Positions 1 through 7,611 of a DNA stretch of 64,000 nucleotides are shown here, in pieces. The notes under the pieces were generated by a model. The model was not told the DNA's origin. It saw nothing but the letters and a program-made list of their open reading frames with translations, and made no database searches. How positions within the stretch are numbered: position 1 is the first letter of the stretch; each line of letters opens with the position of its first letter. The position numbers and the translations under genes are program-made. Source of the DNA: Rhodothermales bacterium (GTDB lineage Bacteria; Bacteroidota; Rhodothermia; Rhodothermales; VXPQ01); NCBI GenBank assembly GCA_951812345.1, contig OX638295.1, forward strand, positions 814,759 to 878,758, read 5' to 3'.

Positions 1-130
1 AACACAAACGGTGCCTGAAGGGCCCGGCGGCGAACGCTAAATAAACCATATGTTTCAGGCAATGCCATAGATTATCCTGTTTCCACGAAACGAAGTTGCA
101 ATCCTTCCGGATCGAACCGAAAAATCTCCT

Positions 131-3100
131 ATGCCCGGCCAGCTCTTCACGCATTATTTTCTGACCGATGGCATACGCGAGACGCCGGAGTGGAAAGCTT
201 CGGTAGCCGACCGGGAGGCGTTCGATTCGTTCAGAGAGGACGTGGCCGGGCGCTATGAGGCGCTTCGTCGGTCCAGCGATCCCAACGAAGCCGTCACCGA
301 GCAGGATCTGATTCGTCCGGTGCTGGATTTGCTGGAGTGGGAGGATTATCTGCCGCAGCAGGGCGCGGCGCGCAACGAGGATATTCCGGACCACCTCCTT
401 TTTTCGGACGCCGCATCGAAGGCGCAGGCGGGCGCCCGCGCCAACTCGCAGGACCGGTATCTGGATGCGCTGGCGATAGAGGAAAGCAAGCGTTTCGGGC
501 TGCCTCTCGATAATCGCGACGGGAGCGACCGGGTGCAGCGCGGCACCCCGCACGGGCAGATACTGCGGTATCTGTCGACCGCCGAAAGCGTTACGGACGG
601 ACGCATTCGCTGGGGCATCCTGACCAACGGCAGCGTCTGGCGTCTCTACGACTACCGCGCCCGGCCCCGCGCCAGCGGCTATTACGAGGCCGATCTGGCG
701 GACCTGCTCGAACCCGGCAACGAAGACGCGCTCCGGGTTTTCCATCTGCTGTTCCGCCGGGCGTCTTTCGTACCCGAATCGGGGGCCGCGACCACATTCC
801 TCGAACGGGCGCTGGCCGAGGGCAAGCGCTACGAGGAACAGGTTGCGCAGGACCTTTCGGGCGTGGTGTTCGAGCGCGTTTTCCCGAACCTTGTCGATGC
901 GATCGCCCGGGAATCCGGAAAGGCACTCGACGAAAGCCGGGATGCGGCGCTGATTTTCCTCTACCGCCTGCTCTTCGTGCTCTATGCGGAGGACCGGGGC
1001 CTGCTGCCCGTGAACGATGCGCGGTACGACGATTACGGTTTGCGCAAGCGGGTGCGGGACGACATTGCGCGCAGGATGGCCGACGAGGATACGTTTTCCG
1101 CAAGGGCCGCGAACTACTGGAGCCGCCTTGCCGATCTTTTTCGGATCGTCGACGAAGGGGACGCTTCCATTGGTTTGCCGCCTTACAACGGAGGGTTGTT
1201 TGCGCCGGAAGCGGCTCCGCTGCTGGACACGGTGCGTCTGTCCGATGCGGAAATCGCTCCCATTGTGCACGATCTGAGCCATGCGAGGGACGCGCAGGGC
1301 GTGCGCCATTTTGTGAATTACCGCGACATGTCCGTGCAGCAACTGGGTTCGATCTACGAACGGCTGCTGGAGCGCGAGCCGGTCCGGGACGACGAGGGAA
1401 AGATTGTGGTGCGTCCCAACAGTTACGCCCGCAGGGACAGCGGCAGTTTTTATACCCCGCAGGAACTGGTCGATCTGATCGTCGAGCGGACCCTGAAGCC
1501 GCTTGCCGAGGAGCGGCTCGACGCTTTCGAGAAAAGGGCCGACGAACTCGCAAGCGACCGCAGGCCCAAGGCGCAGCGGCAAGACGAATTGTGCAAACTC
1601 GATCCGGCGGAGGCGGTGCTCGATCTGAAGGTGCTGGACCCGGCGATGGGAAGCGGGCATTTTCTGGTTACGGCGGTGGATTTTCTATCGGATTACATTG
1701 CCGAGTTGATCGAGTACGTGCCTGCGGTCCCGGAATGGCTCGACGGGGAGTACGCATCGCCGCTGGTCGAGCGCGTGGAGGCGATTCGCAGCGAAATCGT
1801 TCGCCGGGCCGAGGAATCGAACTGGGTTCTGGACAAGACCCAACTCACCGATCAGGCCATCGTCCGCCGGATGGTGCTCAAGCGCTGCATCTACGGGGTG
1901 GACAAGAACCGCCTGACCGTCGAACTGGCCAAGGTGTCGCTCTGGCTGCACAGTTTCACGGTGGGCGCGCCGCTGTCCTTTCTGGATCACCACTTGCGCT
2001 GCGGCGATTCGCTGATCGGCCTGCGGGTGCAGGAGGCGGTGCAGGATATATACCGGCTGGGCGGGGGACTATTCGCCGGTTCCGCCATAGCGGGGGCGGA
2101 GGCCGCTACAACCGGCATGCAGCGCATCGAGGAAATGTCCGACGCCGACATTGCGGAGGTGCGCGAATCGGCGTCGCTGTTCGGCACCGTGGAGGAAACG
2201 ACAGCCGATCTCAGGGGGCTGCTGGATTTCTTCTGCGGCTGGCGCTGGTTGACGGCGGGGATGAAGAAGAAAGCGCAGGGCGTCTTCGAGGCGCCGCTTC
2301 TCAAAACGCTCGGTCAGCAGTCGGAGCATGTGTACGAACTGCTGGCCCGCGGCCCGGAGCATCTCGGCGATGATGCGCCCGGTTCGGAAGATGCGGAATG
2401 GGCGACGTTTTGCGAGCGGTGGAATAAGGTCCGGACTCTTGTCGACCGGGAAGGCTTCCTGCATTGGGAAGCAGCTTTTCCGGGGGTGTGGCGGCGGTGG
2501 CAGGACGTTCGTCCCGAGGGCGGCTTCGATGCGATCATCGGAAATCCGCCGTGGGACCGGATCAAGTTGCAGGAAGTGGAGTGGTTCGCGACGCGCGCGC
2601 CCGAACTCGCGCTGGCCCCGACCGCGGCGGCGCGCCGGAAAGGCATCCGGCAATTGCGCGAACAGGGATCGTCTTTAGCAGAAGAGTTCGACGCGGCCAA
2701 GGTGCGCTCGGACCAACTCGGCTGCCTGATCCGGGAATCCGGGCATTATCCCTTGCTGGGCGGCGGCGACATCAACCTGTATTCGCTGTTCGTGGAGCGG
2801 GCCCTGAGTCTTGTCAAACCGGATGGGTTTGTGGGACTGCTGACGCCTTCGGGCATTTATGCGGACAAGACGGCGGCCCGTTTCTTCCAATCCGTTTCCA
2901 CGAAAGGGAGGGTGTCCGGGCTGTTCGATTTCGAGAACAAGAAGATTTTCTTCAAGGATGTGCATGCTTCCTTCAAATTCTGTGCGCTCATTCTTGGCGG
3001 AGAAGAGCGGCGATTCGAGCGGACCGAATGCGCCTTTTTCCTACACGACATGCAGGCGATCCGCGACGAGGACCGTTGTTTTCCGTTGACCCCGGACGAT

Positions 3101-4168
3101 TTCGCCCGCGTGAACCCGAATACGGGCACGGCGCCCATCTTCCGCACCCGGCGGGACGCCGACATCACGCGCCGCATCTACGAACGGCATCCGGTGCTGG
3201 TGGATCGTTCAGGGAGTGGAGAACGCAAGGCGTGGCCGGTGAAGTACGCCACGATGTTTCACATGGCCAACGATTCGCACCTTTTCCATACCGCCGAGCA
3301 ACTTGAAGCCGAAGGGTTTTATCCGGTCGCGGGCAATCGCTGGAAGCGGGGTGAGGAGTTGTATGTGCCGTTGTACGAAGGAAAGATGGTGCAGGCATTC
3401 GACCATCGGGCTGCCAGTGTGGTATTCAATCCGAACAATCTGTTTCGCCCAAGACAGCCTAAGGGGACCTCGTACGAGGAACATCGAGATCCGACTTTTA
3501 TGCCTACTCCTCATAGCTGGATTAACTGGCAAGAAAGCTTATACATGCAGAGTCTCGAATGGATGCTCTGTTTCAAGGACATCACGGCATCAACCAACGT
3601 TCGTACCATGATTGCGTCCATGATCCCCAAAGTGGGATGTGGGCACAAATTGCCGCTCCTTCTTCCTGACGGAGAAGGTCTTAATGGCTTGGACGCGGCG
3701 TGTGTGTTAGCAAACTTAAACAGTTTTATTTTCGATTACATTGCTCGTCAGAAGGTTCAAGCCACAAACCTCACGTGGTATATCGTCGAGCAACTTCCCG
3801 TCATCGCCCCTGCCGACTATGATCGCCGGTTTGGCGACAAGACCGTCCGCGAACTTGTCCGCGACCACGTACTCCGCCTCACCTACACAGCCCACGATAT
3901 GGCGCCCTTCGCTCGCGATCTTGGCTACGACGGCCCGCCCTTCGTTTGGGACGAGGAAGAACGCCGCCACTTACGGGCCCGGCTCGATGCGCTGTACTTC
4001 CACCTGTACGGCCTGGACCGGGAAGACGCGGAGTACGTGCTGAGCACTTTCCCCATTGTCCAACGCGAAGACAAAAAGCAATTCGGCCGCTACCGCACCC
4101 GCGACCTGATCCTGGCGTATATGAGCGCCCTGACGGCCGGGGATACGGAGACGGTGGTGGCGGTGTAG
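131..4168 (+). CDS. Type IIG restriction-modification enzyme: N-terminal PD-(D/E)xK-like nuclease fused to an N6-adenine DNA methyltransferase and a C-terminal specificity region
   Basis: 1345-aa ORF. SAM motif I 'VLDPAMGSGHFLV'. Catalytic motif IV 'IIGNPPWDRIK'. N-terminus has 'IPDHLLF...ALAIEESK...WGILTNGSVWRLY', typical of the nuclease heads of single-chain RM enzymes. C-terminal 'LYEGKMVQAFDHR' block. Confidence 0.85.
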   Translation: MPGQLFTHYFLTDGIRETPEWKASVADREAFDSFREDVAGRYEALRRSSDPNEAVTEQDLIRPVLDLLEWEDYLPQQGAARNEDIPDHLLFSDAASKAQAGARANSQDRYLDALAIEESKRFGLPLDNRDGSDRVQRGTPHGQILRYLSTAESVTDGRIRWGILTNGSVWRLYDYRARPRASGYYEADLADLLEPGNEDALRVFHLLFRRASFVPESGAATTFLERALAEGKRYEEQVAQDLSGVVFERVFPNLVDAIARESGKALDESRDAALIFLYRLLFVLYAEDRGLLPVNDARYDDYGLRKRVRDDIARRMADEDTFSARAANYWSRLADLFRIVDEGDASIGLPPYNGGLFAPEAAPLLDTVRLSDAEIAPIVHDLSHARDAQGVRHFVNYRDMSVQQLGSIYERLLEREPVRDDEGKIVVRPNSYARRDSGSFYTPQELVDLIVERTLKPLAEERLDAFEKRADELASDRRPKAQRQDELCKLDPAEAVLDLKVLDPAMGSGHFLVTAVDFLSDYIAELIEYVPAVPEWLDGEYASPLVERVEAIRSEIVRRAEESNWVLDKTQLTDQAIVRRMVLKRCIYGVDKNRLTVELAKVSLWLHSFTVGAPLSFLDHHLRCGDSLIGLRVQEAVQDIYRLGGGLFAGSAIAGAEAATTGMQRIEEMSDADIAEVRESASLFGTVEETTADLRGLLDFFCGWRWLTAGMKKKAQGVFEAPLLKTLGQQSEHVYELLARGPEHLGDDAPGSEDAEWATFCERWNKVRTLVDREGFLHWEAAFPGVWRRWQDVRPEGGFDAIIGNPPWDRIKLQEVEWFATRAPELALAPTAAARRKGIRQLREQGSSLAEEFDAAKVRSDQLGCLIRESGHYPLLGGGDINLYSLFVERALSLVKPDGFVGLLTPSGIYADKTAARFFQSVSTKGRVSGLFDFENKKIFFKDVHASFKFCALILGGEERRFERTECAFFLHDMQAIRDEDRCFPLTPDDFARVNPNTGTAPIFRTRRDADITRRIYERHPVLVDRSGSGERKAWPVKYATMFHMANDSHLFHTAEQLEAEGFYPVAGNRWKRGEELYVPLYEGKMVQAFDHRAASVVFNPNNLFRPRQPKGTSYEEHRDPTFMPTPHSWINWQESLYMQSLEWMLCFKDITASTNVRTMIASMIPKVGCGHKLPLLLPDGEGLNGLDAACVLANLNSFIFDYIARQKVQATNLTWYIVEQLPVIAPADYDRRFGDKTVRELVRDHVLRLTYTAHDMAPFARDLGYDGPPFVWDEEERRHLRARLDALYFHLYGLDREDAEYVLSTFPIVQREDKKQFGRYRTRDLILAYMSALTAGDTETVVAV

Positions 4169-4269
4169 GGGGGTAGAGGGAGCAGGGTTGCTCCGGCGTC
4201 TCAGGAATACGCTCCGGCATTTCCCGTTCCAAGTACAGCCGCGTCTCCCGGATACCGGACACGCCCCGG

Positions 4270-4605
4270 TCAATGGGCTCCGGCATATGCGGCGGGCTGC
4301 ACACTGCCTGTACCGCCAATGGCATGGAAGGCGTCATTTAGCAACCGTTTCAAAAAATCAGGACCAAATGCGATATATGCATCTCCCACCTCCCCTATTT
4401 TCACGTTAAATCGCAGTATGCCTTCGTATAGTTCAAACAGAATAGCATAATCGTCTGCTTTCTGCAGAGCAGCGGCTTTTTCGAAGCCGTCTTCCGGCTC
4501 ATTTGCCACTACTTCACGAATAAACAGGTCTTTCAGGGAGCCTGCCTCTTCACCCCTTATTACCACGCAGTCTTCCAGGTTCGGGAATTTCATGGCGCCC
4601 TCCAA
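4270..4605 (-). CDS. Hypothetical acidic protein (111 aa; an alternative start 'MKFPNLEDC' lies near 4593)
   Basis: ORF in a low-GC patch, 11 nt downstream of the 64-aa membrane ORF on the same strand. No family recognised. The last ~18 codons run into high-GC DNA. Confidence 0.45.
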   Translation of the reverse strand: MEGAMKFPNLEDCVVIRGEEAGSLKDLFIREVVANEPEDGFEKAAALQKADDYAILFELYEGILRFNVKIGEVGDAYIAFGPDFLKRLLNDAFHAIGGTGSVQPAAYAGAH

Positions 4606-4616
4606 TGGCTTGGCGA

Positions 4617-4811
4617 CTATTTAAGGATTGCTGTGATCAAGGCCGCTGCTGCGGTAGCTCCCACGCCGACAACGACGCCCACTATTTTCCAGAGAAACTT
4701 ATTCTCAAGGTCTGTGATCTTGCGTTCAACCCAATCCCTGGTAACCTTTTCGGCCTCCCTGGTCGATTTCTCATAAAGCCTGCCTAATTCGAATTGCGTT
4801 GGCTCTGGCAT
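4617..4811 (-). CDS. Small tail-anchored membrane protein (64 aa)
   Basis: Charged helical N-terminus 'ELGRLYEKSTREAEKVTRDWVERKITDLENKF' followed by a hydrophobic C-terminus 'LWKIVGVVVGVGATAAAALITAIL'. Low-GC DNA. Confidence 0.45.
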   Translation of the reverse strand: MPEPTQFELGRLYEKSTREAEKVTRDWVERKITDLENKFLWKIVGVVVGVGATAAAALITAILK

Positions 4812-5028
4812 GGTTCTCCGGTCAGGGTCGATGGTGGCGTCTTCCCGTTCGCTGCATACAAATAATATACGGTTTAAAAACGTTCCTGCTCCTGCCCGGA
4901 ATGGGAAAAATTGTAACTTTTTGCATGGCTCTTCGTCATGCGATCAGGGCGCCCCGGCGTGGAGGACCAACGGTGCTGTCGATGCTTGTTGAGAGTCGTA
5001 TCGAAACAATCTGCGTCAGGTATTGTAT

Positions 5029-5050
5029 ATGTGGCCTCATGAGGCTACAT
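5029..5050. promoter_or_regulatory. Inverted repeat (candidate antitoxin operator) abutting the phd-like start
   Basis: 'atgtggcctca' / 'tgaggctacat' are 11-bp arms with one mismatch, ending 9 nt before the ATG at 5059. Confidence 0.4.
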
Positions 5051-5058
5051 TGTTTCTT

Positions 5059-5349
5059 ATGCTTACCGTCGGGGTCAGAGAACTTAAGGATCGTTTGAGC
5101 GAGTGCATTCGCATGGTTCGCGAAGGCGGGACAGTATATGTCACCTATCGCGGCCGGATTGCGGCAGAGATTCGCCCGCCGTCTCGCACTACGGAGGACG
5201 AAGCTCGTATGGGTTTGCGTCGTCGCGCCCGGGAAGGAAAGGTGCGTCTCGGGGCGCCTAACCGTCCCGAAGTATATGCTCGAAGGAAACCTCTTCTCAC
5301 CGGGAATGAACTTCAGCAGTTGTTAAGCGAGACCCGGGGCGATTCGTGA
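5059..5349 (+). CDS. Phd/YefM-type antitoxin
   Basis: 'LTVGVRELKDRLSECIRMVREGGTVYVTYRGRIAAEIRPP' resembles Phd/YefM N-termini. There is a 4-nt overlap with the downstream PIN gene. The start was moved from the track TTG at 5023 to the ATG at 5059. Confidence 0.75.
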   Translation: MLTVGVRELKDRLSECIRMVREGGTVYVTYRGRIAAEIRPPSRTTEDEARMGLRRRAREGKVRLGAPNRPEVYARRKPLLTGNELQQLLSETRGDS

Positions 5350-5786
5350 ATTTGTATGCCGAGACAAGCGCCGTATTATCGTGGTTGCTTGGTCAGGATA
5401 ATGGCTGTCGGGCTTATCGGGCGTTGGCCGAAGCGGAATTGGTCTTTACTTCCGACTTGACGTTGATCGAGTGCGATCGCGTCCTGCATCGCGCCGCCGT
5501 TATTGGCCAGTTAGACGAGTCGGTTGCTATCGAAGCGCGGACTATTGTCGAAACTGCGTCTGCACACTGGACGCTATGCGCTATGGATGCCGAAATCGTG
5601 GAGGCCTCTCGCCGCCGATTTCCTCACGAACCCATTCGTTCCCTGGACGCAATACATCTCTCGACGGCGGTGTTTGTGCGGAATCTCGCGCCGGATGTAT
5701 GTATGCTCTCTTTCGACGAGCGGATACGGCAGAATGCCGCAGCGCTTGGGTTCAGGATTATTCCCGAAGAAGTTCTTCACTCGTAG
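5346..5786 (+). CDS. vapC: PIN-domain toxin (VapC-like)
   Basis: Acidic PIN positions are visible: 'LYAETSAVL', 'LIECDRV', 'IRSLDAIHLSTA', 'SFDERI'. The GTG start overlaps the antitoxin stop. Confidence 0.8.
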   Translation: MNLYAETSAVLSWLLGQDNGCRAYRALAEAELVFTSDLTLIECDRVLHRAAVIGQLDESVAIEARTIVETASAHWTLCAMDAEIVEASRRRFPHEPIRSLDAIHLSTAVFVRNLAPDVCMLSFDERIRQNAAALGFRIIPEEVLHS

Positions 5787-5818
5787 CAGCACGGATCGGA
5801 GCGCCTTCAATTTTCCAA

Positions 5819-5856
5819 AATTACGCTATTGAGTAATTTTGCTCAGTAGCGTAATT
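5819..5856. repeat. Imperfect 17-bp inverted repeat between convergent 3' ends; its core is shared with the repeats at 12321-12360
   Basis: 'aattacgctattgagta' attt 'tgctcagtagcgtaatt' matches at 15 of 17 positions. On the minus strand it is followed by a 'ttttggaaaa' run. Confidence 0.6.
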
Positions 5857-5879
5857 GCATCCCTGCGGCAACCCCTCAT

Positions 5880-6132
5880 TTACCCCCTTCTTTTCAGCAC
5901 CTCGGCCGCCTCGGCCGCGCCACAGAACTCTGCCCACACAAGGGGAGTGGCGTGGTGGGCGGCGTCGGTAACAGTCGGATCGGCGCCGCGCTCAAGCAAC
6001 AGATTCAGACACTTCACCGCGTCGTGCTGCGCCGCCAGGTGCATGGCGACGGCCCGAACGCCGTGGCTCCAGGGCCTCGACGCCGCCATCGCGCAGGGCT
6101 ATTGCGGCTTGCTGGAAAAGTTTTTGCGCCAT
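5880..6132 (-). pseudogene. Small ankyrin-repeat gene, apparently frameshifted
   Basis: The track ORF 5880-6089 reads 'HLAAQHDAVKCLNLLLERGADPTVTD..HHATPLVWA', which is ANK-like. A different frame from the ATG at 6132 reads 'MAQKLFQQAAIALRDGGVEALEP', an ANK-like N-terminus. The two frames meet near 6050-6075. Confidence 0.4.
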
Positions 6133-6182
6133 GCCGGGTTGTGTTTCCCGAGAGCAGCGGAACCAGCGATTGCGCTGGAATT

Positions 6183-7349
6183 TTACTCCACCTCACTTCC
6201 CTCGTCAAGAATGGCAAGATACTGGTCATAGACGAATAACCGACCGCGCCGCTTTCCGGTTATCTCCCTTGCAATTCCGTGCGAGGCGAGCAGTTTCATG
6301 GCCGAGGCCGTTGCCTGAAAAGACAACCCGGTGGAACGGCTACCCTCCGTCAACGACAGGATCGGTCGTGCCTTCAATGCTTCATGCACTCGGAGCGCGG
6401 AGCCCGCTCTACGCCTTGCATTTTTTTCGATTTGCTCCCGGTCATTTTGAAACATTCTGGAAAGGCGCTCGGCGGCGAGAACCGCACTTTCGGCTATTAC
6501 CTTGACTCCTTCGAGGAAAAAAGCAAGCCATGCTTCCCAGTTGCCGGTGCGGCGTACCTGATTCAGCAGATCGTAGTAAACCGTGCGGTGGCGCTTGAAA
6601 TACAGGCTCAGGTACAGGAGCGGTTCGCGCAGTGCGCCGTAGTGACACAGTAATAACGTTATGAGCAACCGCCCTACGCGTCCGTTGCCATCGAGGAAAG
6701 GATGAATCGTTTCGAACTGCACATGTGCAAGGCCTGCCCGGAGCAGGATCGGTAGCCCGTCCGTTTCATTGTGTAGAAAGCGCTCTAACGCACTCATACA
6801 GTCAGGTACGGCGGTATGTGGAGGCGGAACAAAGGCGGCATTGCCGGGACGGGTGCCGCCGATCCAGTTTTGCGAACGCCGGAATTCGCCCGGCGTTTGG
6901 GTGCTGCCCCGCCCACGTCGCATGAGCACATTGTGTACCTCGCGGATCAGACGATTCGAAAGGGGGAAACCCTCTCTCAGGCGGTCCAATCCATGTTCGA
7001 GCGCAGCTACATGGTTCGAGACCTCGACCACATCGTCGGACGGAACGCCTGGCGCTTCGTCGATTTCGAAAAGCAGAAGGTCCGACAAGGACGATTGCGT
7101 ACCTTCGATTTCGGACGAGAGCACCGCCTCTTTGCGCACATAAGTATAAAGAAAAAGTGCCTTGTCTGGCAAGAGTGTTGCAATACTGTCAAGCCGTCCC
7201 AAGGCAAGTCCCGCCGATTCCAGCGCCTGCTGCAGCGAACCGTCCGGAACAAGCGGTGGTTTGGGAGGCAACGGGGCTGGTATGAAGGCTCGGACCTGTT
7301 CGCCGCCGGCGCTCGTAATCTCGTATCTGCCTCTTGCTGTGCGTTCCAT
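6183..7349 (-). CDS. Fic family protein with an N-terminal inhibitory helix and a C-terminal wHTH-like tail
   Basis: Fic active site 'HPFLDGNGRVGR'. N-terminal 'SSEIEGT' fits the [ST]xxxE[GN] auto-inhibition motif. 388 aa. Confidence 0.9.
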   Translation of the reverse strand: MERTARGRYEITSAGGEQVRAFIPAPLPPKPPLVPDGSLQQALESAGLALGRLDSIATLLPDKALFLYTYVRKEAVLSSEIEGTQSSLSDLLLFEIDEAPGVPSDDVVEVSNHVAALEHGLDRLREGFPLSNRLIREVHNVLMRRGRGSTQTPGEFRRSQNWIGGTRPGNAAFVPPPHTAVPDCMSALERFLHNETDGLPILLRAGLAHVQFETIHPFLDGNGRVGRLLITLLLCHYGALREPLLYLSLYFKRHRTVYYDLLNQVRRTGNWEAWLAFFLEGVKVIAESAVLAAERLSRMFQNDREQIEKNARRRAGSALRVHEALKARPILSLTEGSRSTGLSFQATASAMKLLASHGIAREITGKRRGRLFVYDQYLAILDEGSEVE

Positions 7350-7533
7350 GGCGTCGGATCCTTATGTGCAATGTGTAAATAACAGATTATTTTATTTTAT
7401 TTTCGGGCTTAAATTAAAATAAAGACATTTTCGATGCAAATATAATTTTCTGATCGTAAGCCTTGCCTTCAGTCCATAAAGCACCTCCCCCTTGCCATCA
7501 TCCCCGCATAGGCTTACTTTGATCGCAAGGGAT

Positions 7534-7550
7534 TTAATCAGAGCATCCTT
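7534..7550. repeat. Solo copy of the 18-bp terminal motif of the dispersed repeat family
   Basis: 'ttaatcagagcatcctt', compared with the family end 'ttaatcagagtatcctta'. Lies 62 nt upstream of the ATG at 7612. Confidence 0.5.
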
Positions 7551-7611
7551 CAGGAAGTTTTCTCAAAAAATCATTCTCTGCCCATTCCTCATCCGCCAAC
7601 CCGCTGCCGCC

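Noticed and set aside
591-1553. Long antisense or alternative-frame ORFs inside real genes. Examples are 591-1553(-), 1591-2373(+), 12856-14931(-), 15559-17214(+), 17215-18450(+), 19941-21848(-), 44431-45480(-), 45156-46610(+), 45745-47109(-), 51277-52872(-) and 58995-60398(+).
   Set aside because: Their translations are Arg/Pro/Gly/Ala-rich low-complexity strings typical of off-frame reading in high-GC DNA. Each overlaps a gene with clear family motifs on the other strand or frame.
7391-7423. An AT-only hairpin, 'tttattttatttt' cgggctt 'aaattaaaataaa', upstream of fic.
   Set aside because: It is real as a sequence feature, but the all-A/T stem is weak and its position fits an UP-element or promoter region equally well. 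No function can be argued from sequence alone.
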